A DNA stretch of 62,745 nt, filler included, from Collodictyon triciliatum (taxonomy: Eukaryota): NCBI GenBank assembly GCA_043381765.1. It is 10 parts of 10 records of this genome, joined end to end, with 100 filler letters (N's around TTAATTAATTAA, not from the genome) between each part and the next. Parts side by side here need not be neighbours in the genome. Positions count along the whole stretch, not along the records: positions 44,676 to 52,016 come from JBHJMP010003947.1; positions 52,117 to 59,452 come from JBHJMP010003948.1; positions 59,553 to 60,559 come from JBHJMP010004114.1; positions 60,660 to 62,745 come from JBHJMP010004128.1; 6 more parts are not named here. One strand, 5' to 3'. Position 1 is the stretch's first letter; each line of letters begins with the position of its first letter. The position numbers and the translations under genes were made by a program. Shown here one piece after another: positions 49,901 through 60,949 of this stretch. A model generated the notes under the pieces. It searched no databases. It saw only the letters and a list, made by a program, of their open reading frames with translations, and had not been told where the DNA came from.

Positions 49901-52016
49901 ATAATCTAAAAGGCCAAGTGACATGTAGTAATTGCACTGCTGGATTTTACAGCAATTCAGGAGATAAGTCGTGTACTCCGTGCCCTGCAGGAACATTCAA
50001 TCCAACCATCAGGGGTGCTGGAAATTCTTCATGTCTTTTATGCGAACCAGGAACATACAACAGCGTCGATGGAAAATCGAGCTGCTTCGATTGTCCTGTT
50101 GGGTTTTTTATTAATGAGAAAGGAAAGCAATTTTGTAATCCATGCCCTACTGGTACTTACTCAAACAAAACGAAATCAATTACCTGTGAAAAATGCCTGG
50201 CTGGTTCCTACAATCCAAATGTCGCATCAACTAGTATTAGCAATTGTCAATTGTGTCCGCAAGGGAAATTTTCATCAAAATCGAGTGAATCAGCTTGTGA
50301 ACTATGCCAACCTGGTACATTCAATCCATATATCGGCCAGATTTCATGTCTTGAATGTAAGGATGGTACTTATAATCCAAAGTTTGGTTCAACAAGTAAC
50401 AAATCATGCATTGAATGCTCAGCAGGAACTTTTGGGAATAATTACAGAGATGATTGCTTATCATGTCCAGCTGGTACATTCAACGACAAAACTGGCTCAT
50501 TCAATCAATCATCATGCATTTCATGTCCAAATGGAAGCTACAGCTCAGAAAGAAGCTCATCATGCAGTTTATGTTTATCAGGATTCTATCAAAAAGAAGA
50601 AAACATGAAAGACTCAAAATCATGCTACTCTTGTCCGAAAGGCACATTCAATTCAAATTCCGGCTCATATGGCAACACATCATGTATTGAATGTCCACAA
50701 GGTACTTGGAATGATAGAGAGGGTCAAGCATCATGCACATCATGTTTAGCGGGGACATTCAACGATAAAACCGGCTCATTCAACCAATCATCATGCATTT
50801 CATGTCCAGATGGAAGCTACAGCCCAGAGAGAAGCTCTTCATGCAGTTTATGTTCACCAGGATTCTATCAAAAAGATGGAGTTATAAAAGATTCAAAATC
50901 ATGCTATGCTTGTACAAAAGGTACATTCAACTCATACTCCGGCTCATATGGAAACAAATCATGTATTGAATGTCCACAAGGCACTTGGAATGATAGAGAT
51001 GGTCAAGCATCATGCACATCATGTCCAGCTGGTACATTCAACGATAAAACTGGCTCATTCAATCAATCATCATGCATTTCATGTCCAGATGGAAGCTACA
51101 GTTTAAGTGGAAGTGCATCATGTAGTTTATGTTTATCAGGATTCTATCAGAAAGAGGGAATCAAAAAAGACTCAGAATCATGCTACGCTTGTCCAAAAGG
51201 CACATTCAACTCATACTCCGGCTCATATGGAAACAAATCATGCATTGAATGTCCACAAGGCACTTGGAATGACAGAGATGGTCAAGCATCATGCACGTCA
51301 TGTTCAGCTGGTACATTTAACAATAAAACTAGTTCATATAATCAATCATCATGTGTTTCATGTCCAAATGGAAGCTACAGCTCAGTTGGAAGCGCATCAT
51401 GCAGCTTATGCTCATCAGGATTCTATCAAAAAGAAGGTGTGACAAAAGACTCGAAATCATGTTATGCTTGTCCAAAAGGTACATTCAACTCAAACTCCGG
51501 CTCATATGGAAACAAATCATGCATTGAATGTCCACAAGGTACTTGGAATGACAGAGAGGGTCAAGCATCATGCACATCATGTCCAGCCGGTGCATTTAAC
51601 GATAAAACTGGCTCATTTGACAAATTATCATGCATATCATGTGCAAATGGAAGCTACAGCTCAGAAAGAAGCGCATCATGTAGTCTATGTTCATCAGGAT
51701 TCTATCAAAAAGAAGGAATCATAAAAGACATACAATCATGCTATGCTTGTCTAAAAGGCTCATTCAACTCATACTCCGGCTCATATGGAAACAAATCATG
51801 TATTGAATGTCCACAAGGTAGCTGGAATGATAAGGATGGCCAAGCATCATGTACATCATGTACAGCTGGTACATATAATAACAAAACTGGTTCATTTGAC
51901 GAATTATCATGTATATCATGTGCAAATGGAAGCTACAGCTCAGAAAGAAGCGCATCATGTAGTCTATGTTCATCAGGATTCTATCAAAAAGAAGGAATCA
52001 TAAAAGACATACAATC
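46984..52016 (+). CDS. Intronless putative secreted/surface protein: signal peptide + 21 WD40 repeats + Cys-rich (ephrin-receptor-like/GCC2-GCC3-type) repeats; 3' truncated
   Basis: Single open frame of about 5 kb. Hydrophobic N-terminus MYHIIGFFSFCCFLSCYC; 21 GH...SGSxDxTIKIW units to about 49668; then CxxCPxGTY/FN repeats to the contig end. Confidence 0.9.
50461..52016 (+). repeat. Coding tandem repeat, 279-bp (93-aa) period, about 5.5 copies
   Basis: Units start at 50461, 50740, 51019, 51298, 51577 and 51856 (SCPAGTFNDKTGSFNQSSC...CPQGTWNDREGQASCT) and are highly similar at the DNA level. Confidence 0.92.
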
Positions 52017-52240
52017 NNNNNNNNNNNNNNNNNNNNNNNNNNNNNNNNNNNNNNNNNNNNTTAATTAATTAANNNNNNNNNNNNNNNNNNNNNNNNNNNN
52101 NNNNNNNNNNNNNNNNTAGAAAAGAAAAGAAAAGAAAAGAAAAGAAAAGAAAAGAAAAGAAAAGAAAAGAAAAGAAAAGAAAAGAAAAGAAAAGAAAAGA
52201 AAAGAAAAGAAAAGAAAAGAAGAGAAAAAAGAATACATAC

Positions 52241-55200
52241 ATTTTCCCATCTTCGGAGCCCGACAAAACGTATCGACCATCTGAGCTGTAGCAACTTTTT
52301 ATACTCCTCTTGACACAAATAGAACCCATATAAACACCAATCGTAGCGTAAGTCTTCAGTTCTACTGATCTATATGACACATCATTTATTATTATTTATT
52401 TTTTGCCAATAACTTGATCATACTAATATATTTTCATTACACATATGATGCCATCTTTGTTATATGTGTTAGCTACAGTATTCCTTCGGATTATCTATCC
52501 AATATTTATATCTACACACTTTTGGGTGTGATGATCAAATTCAAATTTAACCAGCAATGACCTAATTTGGTTGTTTTGGCTGTGGACAATCATTCTCCGT
52601 CCTGTCGGGTGCAGTTTGAGATTTGTGATTGCGTCGGACTGGCATAATATTAAAAGGATCAGCTTTGGAAGGTCTGATATAATCTACTTGGACATGATAA
52701 TTTTATCTTGCTTTGTTATTGATACAATCCCCCAACTCCCTCTCACTTCCCTGATGGTTTTCCACGGTGATAGTACATTCATTTAACTTATTTTTTATAT
52801 AATTTTTTGATATTATCATATCTGCAACAGTTAAAGCCTCTCAATTCACTAAATGGAAAAGTGAAACAAGATAGAGTAAAATACATTAGCCACAATACAA
52901 ACCGTCTTCTCCGGTGGATGTATGGAGCGAAGACATTCATATCCTTCAAAAGAAGCACTGGCGCTTTGCTTTTTGGACCAAACACGAATGACGCCGCCGC
53001 CATCGGCTGTATACATTTTCTGACCCTCCTAAATCATGAAACAATCAAATTTAGTTCCTATGGGAATCATTATATTTTCTCTTAATAAAGACAGACATTA
53101 TCGATAGCTAGGTATCGAGAAATAAAATTAATTTTATATCAAGTCAGAACAATTAGCATACGACCTTCTCAAATAGCACAGAATTAATGTAGTTTCGATG
53201 AGATGGCATTTCAAACAACAAAGTTCCATCATCTCGGTTCCAAAGACGAACCATTGTATCAAAGGCGCCAGTGGCAATAATTCTGAAAATAAACAATCAT
53301 TAAAATATTATCTTGCAGATTGAATCGTATGATAATTCGGGTATGATTCGTCTTGCCTGGGACTTCTTGCCGTTGGGTGATATTGAGCAGCATATACAAA
53401 TGATGTGTGCTAAATATTTTATTTTAGTTAATTTTTTTAATAGGCAATCAGTCAGTGACGAAGTTTTTCAACCTCTATCATATTCCATGATTTCTTTGTT
53501 GTTTTATCTTCTTATGCAGATACCTGAAGAGTCATAAAGGAATGCTGTCTTGGATCCCTCAGGAGCCAAATCTTAGCAGTGAAATCAGAAGACGCTGTGA
53601 CAAACTCACTTCCATTCGGTTGCCAACATATCTCATGTATGATATCATGATGTCCTGATGCGATTATCAATATAATCTAAACATTATACTATTTTTTCTC
53701 CATTTATCTTGTCACAAATGTTAATCGTATTATAAACCTGAATATTTGGAGACAATATCTCCGGATAACACTTCGAAGATTTTCACTGGATATGTTTGGT
53801 TATCTCCACATCCAGCAGCCTATTTATGAGATAGAACAATAAGAAGAAGAAAAAAGAAGAGTAAAATAAGCAATCATTGGCAACACAGGTAGGATGCTCT
53901 GTCACCAATCGTCGATTTCTTTGTTGGAAATTTGAAATTTTATGGAATACATGCTTCAAATGTTTATATTTCGGCGATTAAATTCAATTTACCAAATATT
54001 CACCGTCAGGTGAGAATTGTATTGATAGACATCCCCTTCATAAAGAAATAAATTAATCAAGCAATTATTTATGGGTTCAATAACTTCACTTTATAAGGAA
54101 AATACATTTGAGCTAATTATGCATACGGGGGTAAATATTTGGAAATTACATCGATGCCGTATCGAATTTGTGCATTAGACTATTTGGAAGTTTACTTCGT
54201 TGGCCTGGTAGTCGTTTCCATCGCATAAAAAGCTGGAACAGTTACAGACAAGAATGTTTTAATAAAATATTGCAAACAAATTATTTAGGACCTAGGAGTG
54301 TGTTGGATATATATTTCTTTCTTGGTGCTCATTTTTCTTATATTTTTTTAGAGGAATACTTTGAGTTCATCGGGCACATCAGGGTCATCTGTTTTTTCTT
54401 GGGCGATATCTTGTCCTTTATGTTGTTCCATGATTTCTTCATAAGTTAAGCGACCGAGCTCTTCCTTTATGTTTACAGCAAGCACTTACTTTATAAGAAA
54501 ACTCATAAACATATGTATGATTATTGTGCATGGTATCATTCATACTACTAAACCTGGAATGGATTTGTTGGTCGCCTTCCTTGGTAAGCCTCGCGCTCAG
54601 GCCTTTTCTTCCCGCTAATTGTTATGTGAAGTGTTGAAGGATATTCCTTCCTCTTATCTGTGGTAAAGAATATGACAGAACATGTAAGAGTTGTTGAAAA
54701 AATAACTCCATTTGAATCGAGATATCGATGATAGTATGATACAGGGGAAAAAAAACATCCATACATTTATCAAAGACAAGCTGGTAGATTGGCGGAATCT
54801 TGAATCGTGAATGAATAGATTGGCCTGGGTGATGGTAAAGCTGAATACGAATAGGCTTTTCTGTGTTTGCAACACCAGTCGATCCAATTATCTTTAGGAA
54901 CCCCCAACAGATACGGTAATATCCATCAGGAGACACAGTCCTACAAAGAAAAAATCAATTCAAATAGACTTTTGACAATACAACACCTAAATGAGAAAAG
55001 ATTCAGTAATGGATCCTTACTTTTCAGGTTGCTTTTTAGAGGAAAAATCGATAATTTCGAAAAGTAGGATGACTTCTGGCTTTGCCAAAAACAAATAATC
55101 TTCATCAATCAAGATCTCCTGTTAAAACAATATAATCATAGTGAGGCAGAGAAGACTGTAAAAATTGGGAAAATTATCGGTTTTTTTTATCAAAGAATCC

Positions 55201-57115
55201 ATTTCACCTCATCCCAAGATGGTCTGAAGTCTTTACGATCTGATATTGCACTAATCTGCATGCGGAATAGGGGTTAAATACAGCTCTTTTTTTTTTTTTA
55301 AACACATATGCAAGAAAATTTCTACTCCAGTTTGCAGGGGCATAATGTAAGGGTACGGAGCAGACTCATTTCCGGATGGTAACACTTATGACATGATATA
55401 CAATAAGATCTAAAATGAGTAATTCCTCGCCGGGTACTTGTAATTCATTAATTTTTATAATTTGAAGGTATCAGGCAGTATTTTATCAATTGACACCATT
55501 TACATTTTGTTCCACTCTCAAATTGACTAACAACGGATTTTTTTGGGTCCTGCTTTTCAAGGTAATTTCCAGTGAACATATCTGTGATGAAATATATATA
55601 AAGTTCGACGGAATCATCAAAGATGTAATATTTAGGAAATTAAATGAGATACAATCAAAATTTGTGTTCCTACTTATCACGTGTATTCTAACGGATGGAT
55701 GTTCCAGGAATGGGTGAGGACGCAACGGGTCTGTCTTATGTACTTTGATGGATATGCAATGGTCCGCGAAGTCCTCAGGTCCTTTGTCTCCAAAGAGTTT
55801 TGGTGGCTCTGCCAACACGCGGGCTTGCGAAGACATATTATGACTGGGAGGAATTTCACTTGAATGCGGAAGATCCACGTCGGCTGGTTGTTTTGGCCTC
55901 TCAATAAGTGATTCATGAACGCTTCCATCATCACCATCATCGATGGTCCCCACATAATCAGGATTGGAACTTTGGTTTTGAGTATTCTCTTGATTGTTGT
56001 TGATCATTTCATCTGCATCACTGGCGATAAGGGTTCGGCTGGGTCTCGGTGTTTGCTGCCCTGCACTCTGTGACTTCGAAGGTCTTCTTTGTTGATGCTT
56101 GTAAGGTGATGCAGAGGTGATGGCGTTAGGTTCAGCGGAGAGTTTTTCATGTTCTATTAGAGGTTGGCTTTCTGAAGGTGCATGGGTTGGAGCTTTTCCT
56201 GTTTTCTGAAAACGGCTCAATAGACCTTTCAATTTGTCGACTGGATAGAAGAAGAAAGAAGTGCAGGAGTTAAGCAATTGAGAATATATTTCTTGATAAA
56301 GAATTCTTTCTGTTCGCACTGATATACTTTCTCAATAATCAGTTGAAAAGTAATAAATATCAGAGTTGCTGATTTTACGGTGTGATGAGCGGATTAGAAT
56401 TTTTTTTAACAACCTGTTGATGGCTTCGGAGTGTCCAACATAATGCTTGATTTCTGTTCATTATCTGTATTCTTGTCGTGCATAATTTTCAGGCTCGCCT
56501 TGGGCTCTTGAGTATCGGGAAGGTCGAGAGGATCTGTTTTGCTGTGGCCAGTAGTCTTGTTTTCCTATAAATGAAAATAGTTGAGAGACGCCATGGTGAT
56601 TTTATCTGTTGTCTATATTGATGGCCAAATATTTGATTTCTTATCATAAAAGAATTTCATGTAATGTCAAATACGTAATTTTATGTAGTTGATGTGTATA
56701 GTAAAAACCTTCGGCTTCCCACTGGCGTAATTATTGAGTGAGATCGATTAGTTTTAAATAAATGGTTGTTTTTTTTTTTAAAAAAAGAAGTTATTGCGTT
56801 GTTAAATGGTAACATCCTTGGTGATGTTTGAAAAGGGCGATATGAAAATCAGTATACCTTTCATCATGCAAATAATTAGAGTGTGTATTTTGCTCTTCTT
56901 TGGAAAGTAGCACTTCTTGTGAAGCTCGCCTGTTCGATTTGCCTGGTTTCTACATAATTCATCATATTTTCTAGAAGAGCCATTCCCACAATATCAAGAA
57001 AGACATACCTTATTCTCATCCAATAATATCACAGCAACCATTTATCTCTGCGGAGAAATCAAAAGATGAAAAGGAAGGATGATAGCGCAATATACCTGAG
57101 CAAATCCAACACCTG
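52241..57115 (-). CDS. AHI1: Jouberin/AHI1-like ciliary transition-zone protein (C2-like domain + WD40), both ends incomplete
   Basis: SIKVHKTDPLRPHPFLEHPSVRIHVI, PEVILLFEIIDF, YYRICWGFLKIIGSTGVANTEKPIRIQLY, YPSTLHITI, WKRLPGQRSKLPN, GCLSIQFSPDG, GHHDIIHEICW and ASSDFTAKIW follow the AHI1 motif order as I recall it. Confidence 0.88.
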
Positions 57116-57628
57116 NNNNNNNNNNNNNNNNNNNNNNNNNNNNNNNNNNNNNNNNNNNNNNNNNNNNNNNNNNNNNNNNNNNNNNNNNNNNNNNNNNNNN
57201 NNNNNNNNNNNNNNNNNNNNNNNNNNNNNNNNNNNNNNNNNNNNNNNNNNNNNNNNNNNNNNNNNNNNNNNNNNNNNNNNNNNNNNNNNNNNNNNNNNNN
57301 NNNNNNNNNNNNNNNNNNNNNNNNNNNNNNNNNNNNNNNNNNNNNNNNNNNNNNNNNNNNNNNNNNNNNNNNNNNNNNNNNNNNNNNNNNNNNNNNNNNN
57401 NNNNNNNNNNNNNNNNNNNNNNNNNNNNNNNNNNNNNNNNNNNNNNNNNNNNNNNNNNNNNNNNNNNNNNNNNNNNNNNNNNNNNNNNNNNNNNNNNNNN
57501 NNNNNNNNNNNNNNNNNNNNNNNNNNNNNNNNNNNNNNNNNNNNNNNNNNNNNNNNNNNNNNNNNNNNNNNNNNNNNNNNNNNNNNNNNNNNNNNNNNNN
57601 NNNNNNNNNNNNNNNNNNNNNNNNNNNA

Positions 57629-59385
57629 CAGCCACAGCCACAAGGCCAAGCCGCCCAGCAACCAGATCCACCCGTCGGGCAAGGAGGCGGCAAGCGGCGG
57701 GCCACCGAGCGCAGGGGTTGTGCTTGGCCTGGGCCTCGGCCTGGGGCTCTGGTCGTCGCCGCCAACCGCGTCGTCATGGTTCGGCGCACCCGGGGGGACG
57801 TCGCCGACAGCCTCGCGGGGCAAGAGCCCTGTGGCCACGCTGGACGACGTGGCAGAGCTGAGCCACAACCACAGCCACAACCACAGCCACAACCACAGCC
57901 ACAACCACAGCGGCGCAGCGCACGAGACCGCGGCCGGCGTGGACACGGTGGACGACAGCGACGTGGGCCTCGAGCGGTGGAGCGGCCGCATAGCCGACGA
58001 GTTGCTGGAGGCGCGCTTCCTGGCCGAGCTGGGGGCCCGCCCGAGTGTGGGATGTGCGCGTGCGCGTGCGGTGCTGCAGCTGCTGTCGCTGTCGGCGGCC
58101 CTGGAGCTTGCGCAGATCCTGCTTGCGGCCCCGCGGCTGCCGGCGGCGCTGCCCCTCGGCCTGGTGCTGCTGCACTCGTGCTGCTGCCTCGCGTTTCTGG
58201 CGCTCTCCCGCCACACGCACACCCACAATCACAATCACACTCACACGCACACCCGCGCAATGTCGACATCGCCCCGCAACGCGGCCGTCTGCTACCTCGC
58301 GGCGCTCGTCCTCTGGCGCGTGGGCCACGTGGCGCTGCTCCTCTCCTCGGACAACAGCGACTGGGGCGACCTGTCTGCCGCCGCCGCCCTCGTCGACCCA
58401 TCCCTGTGCTCCTCGCCAACCTCGCCACCGTCCTCCTCCTCGCCGCCCCGCTGCCCATCCTCGGCGCCTACGTTATCCTCGGCCTCGCCGCCCTGCTCCA
58501 TGTCCTCGCCGCCATCTTCTTTGCCGTGTCCCTGCAGTCCGCCTCGCACCTCCCGGCCTTTCTGGCTCTCTCCCTTCCCCTCTCCTCCGTGGCCTATCTC
58601 GCCTCCCGCTTCTTTCACGTCGTCCCGAGAGACCTGTTCCTGGACGAGTTTTCTCAGCCCTCGGTGAGTGACTAGTCTGGCATGCTGAAGATGCAAATCC
58701 GTTTATGTATATATCTAAGTCTATATATCACTACGCATACATGTCTACCCGATGGCATGTACACATGAGCATATGAATCAATATCTGTTTTTTTCCCCTG
58801 TCAATCTTATCTTGTGCTTTTCTGTATCTCTCTCTTTCATTTTTCTTCTTTCCTCCCGTAAAATTTCCTCGCTGCATTCAAATTTTGCTTAAATAATAAT
58901 AATGATAAATTGCTGATTAGTTGGACACAGATTCCAAACGGATATCACAGGCAAATGATCATGTTTCCAGCCAGGAAGCTATTAAAACCAGACAAAAGAC
59001 TTGTTATAGCTCAAATTACAGCACAATGACAGGCTGGATGAGAAAAGCCACAGTTCGCTCGATGGCAACAAATGTGACTATAAGCCAAATGCAAATCCAA
59101 AAAAAAAGAATAACTGCAGTCAATTTCATCCACTCCATACACCATAATTCACACTCGTTAACATATGGGATTTTATTTTGGTTACACTCTCTAGTCATCA
59201 AAAAGCCATCATTTTTGGAAAATCGAGTCACTCGACATTCAACTGGGGTCGAGTCTTTATGTGGTACCCTACGGAGAATACTTTCGTTCAAAGTTTCACA
59301 CAGCAGACGTCCTGGCTCGCTCTATAAATCTTCCCAAAACATCTGAGATGATAAAATACTATGAGACCGAGAGCTGCATGTTGTT
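57629..59385 (+). CDS. Multi-pass membrane protein followed by a degenerate TKL-like kinase N-lobe; apparent frameshift near 58397; both ends incomplete
   Basis: A GC-rich exon has hydrophobic helices in one frame up to about 58397 and continues in the -1 frame (PIPVLLANLATVLLL...PRDLFLDEFSQPS|gtgagt). Exons 58921-58950 and 59195-59385 give FWKIESLDIQLGSSLYVVPYGEYFRSKFHTADVLARSI...YETESCML. Confidence 0.55.
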
Positions 59386-59604
59386 GTAAGTAGCCACTCA
59401 TGAATTCTTTTTCTTCACTCACATGTAAAGTCAATATCATTCACTTTGGGGTNNNNNNNNNNNNNNNNNNNNNNNNNNNNNNNNNNNNNNNNNNNNTTAA
59501 TTAATTAANNNNNNNNNNNNNNNNNNNNNNNNNNNNNNNNNNNNNNNNNNNNAAAAATTTTTATTCTATAATTTAAAATTTTTTTTTTTTTAAGCTTAAA
59601 AATA

Positions 59605-59605
<1 letters not shown>

Positions 59606-59636
<31 letters not shown>

Positions 59637-60559
59637 TGATTTCAATTCAATCATTAATTGAGAGAAAACAAAGTCGAGGAAACCGCCTTCACCTCTAGGA
59701 CAAAAATAAGCTGTGGACGAGACAGTGGAAATCCCGGATTGTGTGGTTGGAGTTTCTGTATTTTGGGTGAAAGAGGAAGAAAAAAAACAAGATAGGAAGG
59801 AGGAAAGTTTTTTTTTTATTCTTCATTTTAATTTTGTGCAAGATGGTGAAGATGTTGACATTGGTTCACTAGCCATTGTTTGCGTGGACGCTACTTGTTG
59901 GCCGGGTGGCGGAGAAGTAGTCGGTTATCAGGAATTGCATCCTGCGGTTTGGCCTGTAGCCTGGGTCTTGTGCTTGCATGAGAGAGACAAAACGAAGTTT
60001 AATTTCTTTCACAGTCTCTTTCCACATGTCTCTTCTCGCAGGGTCTGAGTAGTAGAGAACGTGCATGTGGCGAAGAAAGCTGTTGAGGAAAGATATTTAT
60101 ATGATGACATCCAGTCAATTATCAGGAATGGGTGGCTGGTTGTTGAGTCTTGCTTTGCGTGAGTATATGCACGCTATCGACATAGTCCATAGCAAATGGC
60201 CTCGCTTCGCTGCCCATAATGTTTTTGCCTTTGGACGCAGCTGTTGCAGAGGCCCAAATATCGCCTGGATTGGACCAACAGCCGCAGCCGTCTTGAGTGT
60301 CAACCGAAGAATCTCACCGGTTGTTTTGCGCAGGTTTTGAGCGAAGGGACATTGCACAAATGTGTGCTCGATGGATTCATCACCGTTGCTGCAAAGTGTG
60401 CATTGTTGGGAGACTTTGCCAGCTTTTGCCGCGCGTGTGCCTATCCATAGCTCCCTATTGGTGATATTAAGCATGAGAGAGCGGTGATTTGGAAGGACTT
60501 GCGGGGTTCGTGCTTGTCTCCAGCTCGCGGTGAGCGGGGTGTGGGTGATGCCCAGTGTT
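59606..60559 (-). mobile_element. Non-LTR retrotransposon (L1/Tx1-like) 3' end with zf-RVT and poly(A) tail; pseudogenised
   Basis: CTLCSNGDESIEHTFVQC is a CCHC zf-RVT motif. The ORF is broken by in-frame TGA (60115-60117) and TAA (60097-60099) and ends at 59869. A 3' UTR and an A-rich tail follow (T-run at about 59606-59637 on +). Confidence 0.8.
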
Positions 60560-60659
60560 NNNNNNNNNNNNNNNNNNNNNNNNNNNNNNNNNNNNNNNNN
60601 NNNTTAATTAATTAANNNNNNNNNNNNNNNNNNNNNNNNNNNNNNNNNNNNNNNNNNNN

Positions 60660-60701
<42 letters not shown>

Positions 60702-60949
60702 NNNNNNNNNNNNNNNNNNNNNNNNNNNNNNNNNNNNNNNNNNNNNNNNNNNNNNNNNNNNNNNNNNNAACAAAAACAAAAACAAAAACAAAAACAAAAA
60801 CAAAAAACGAGTACAAACCAGCCAATTAAAGCTGAAGATTCAACTCAAACTATATGAAATGAAAGTGTACACTAATAATCATAGCATATAATATGTTGAA
60901 AAGTCATATGCACTAAGTTGATAATAGTATTGCAAATAATATGTTTTAG

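Noticed and set aside
47196-52003. Antisense and alternate-frame ORFs inside the WD40/Cys-rich gene
   Set aside because: Shadow ORFs of repetitive coding sequence.
57016-58696. Long overlapping ORFs in several frames, including the minus strand
   Set aside because: Explained by very high GC content and the adjacent N gap. Only the plus-strand TM reading has protein-like composition and a splice donor.
60097-60117. In-frame TGA/TAA aligned to R/Q as evidence of a non-standard genetic code
   Set aside because: UBE2S ends at TAA after its conserved C-terminus, other genes end at TGA or TAG, and long ORFs lack internal stops. These are mutations in a dead element.
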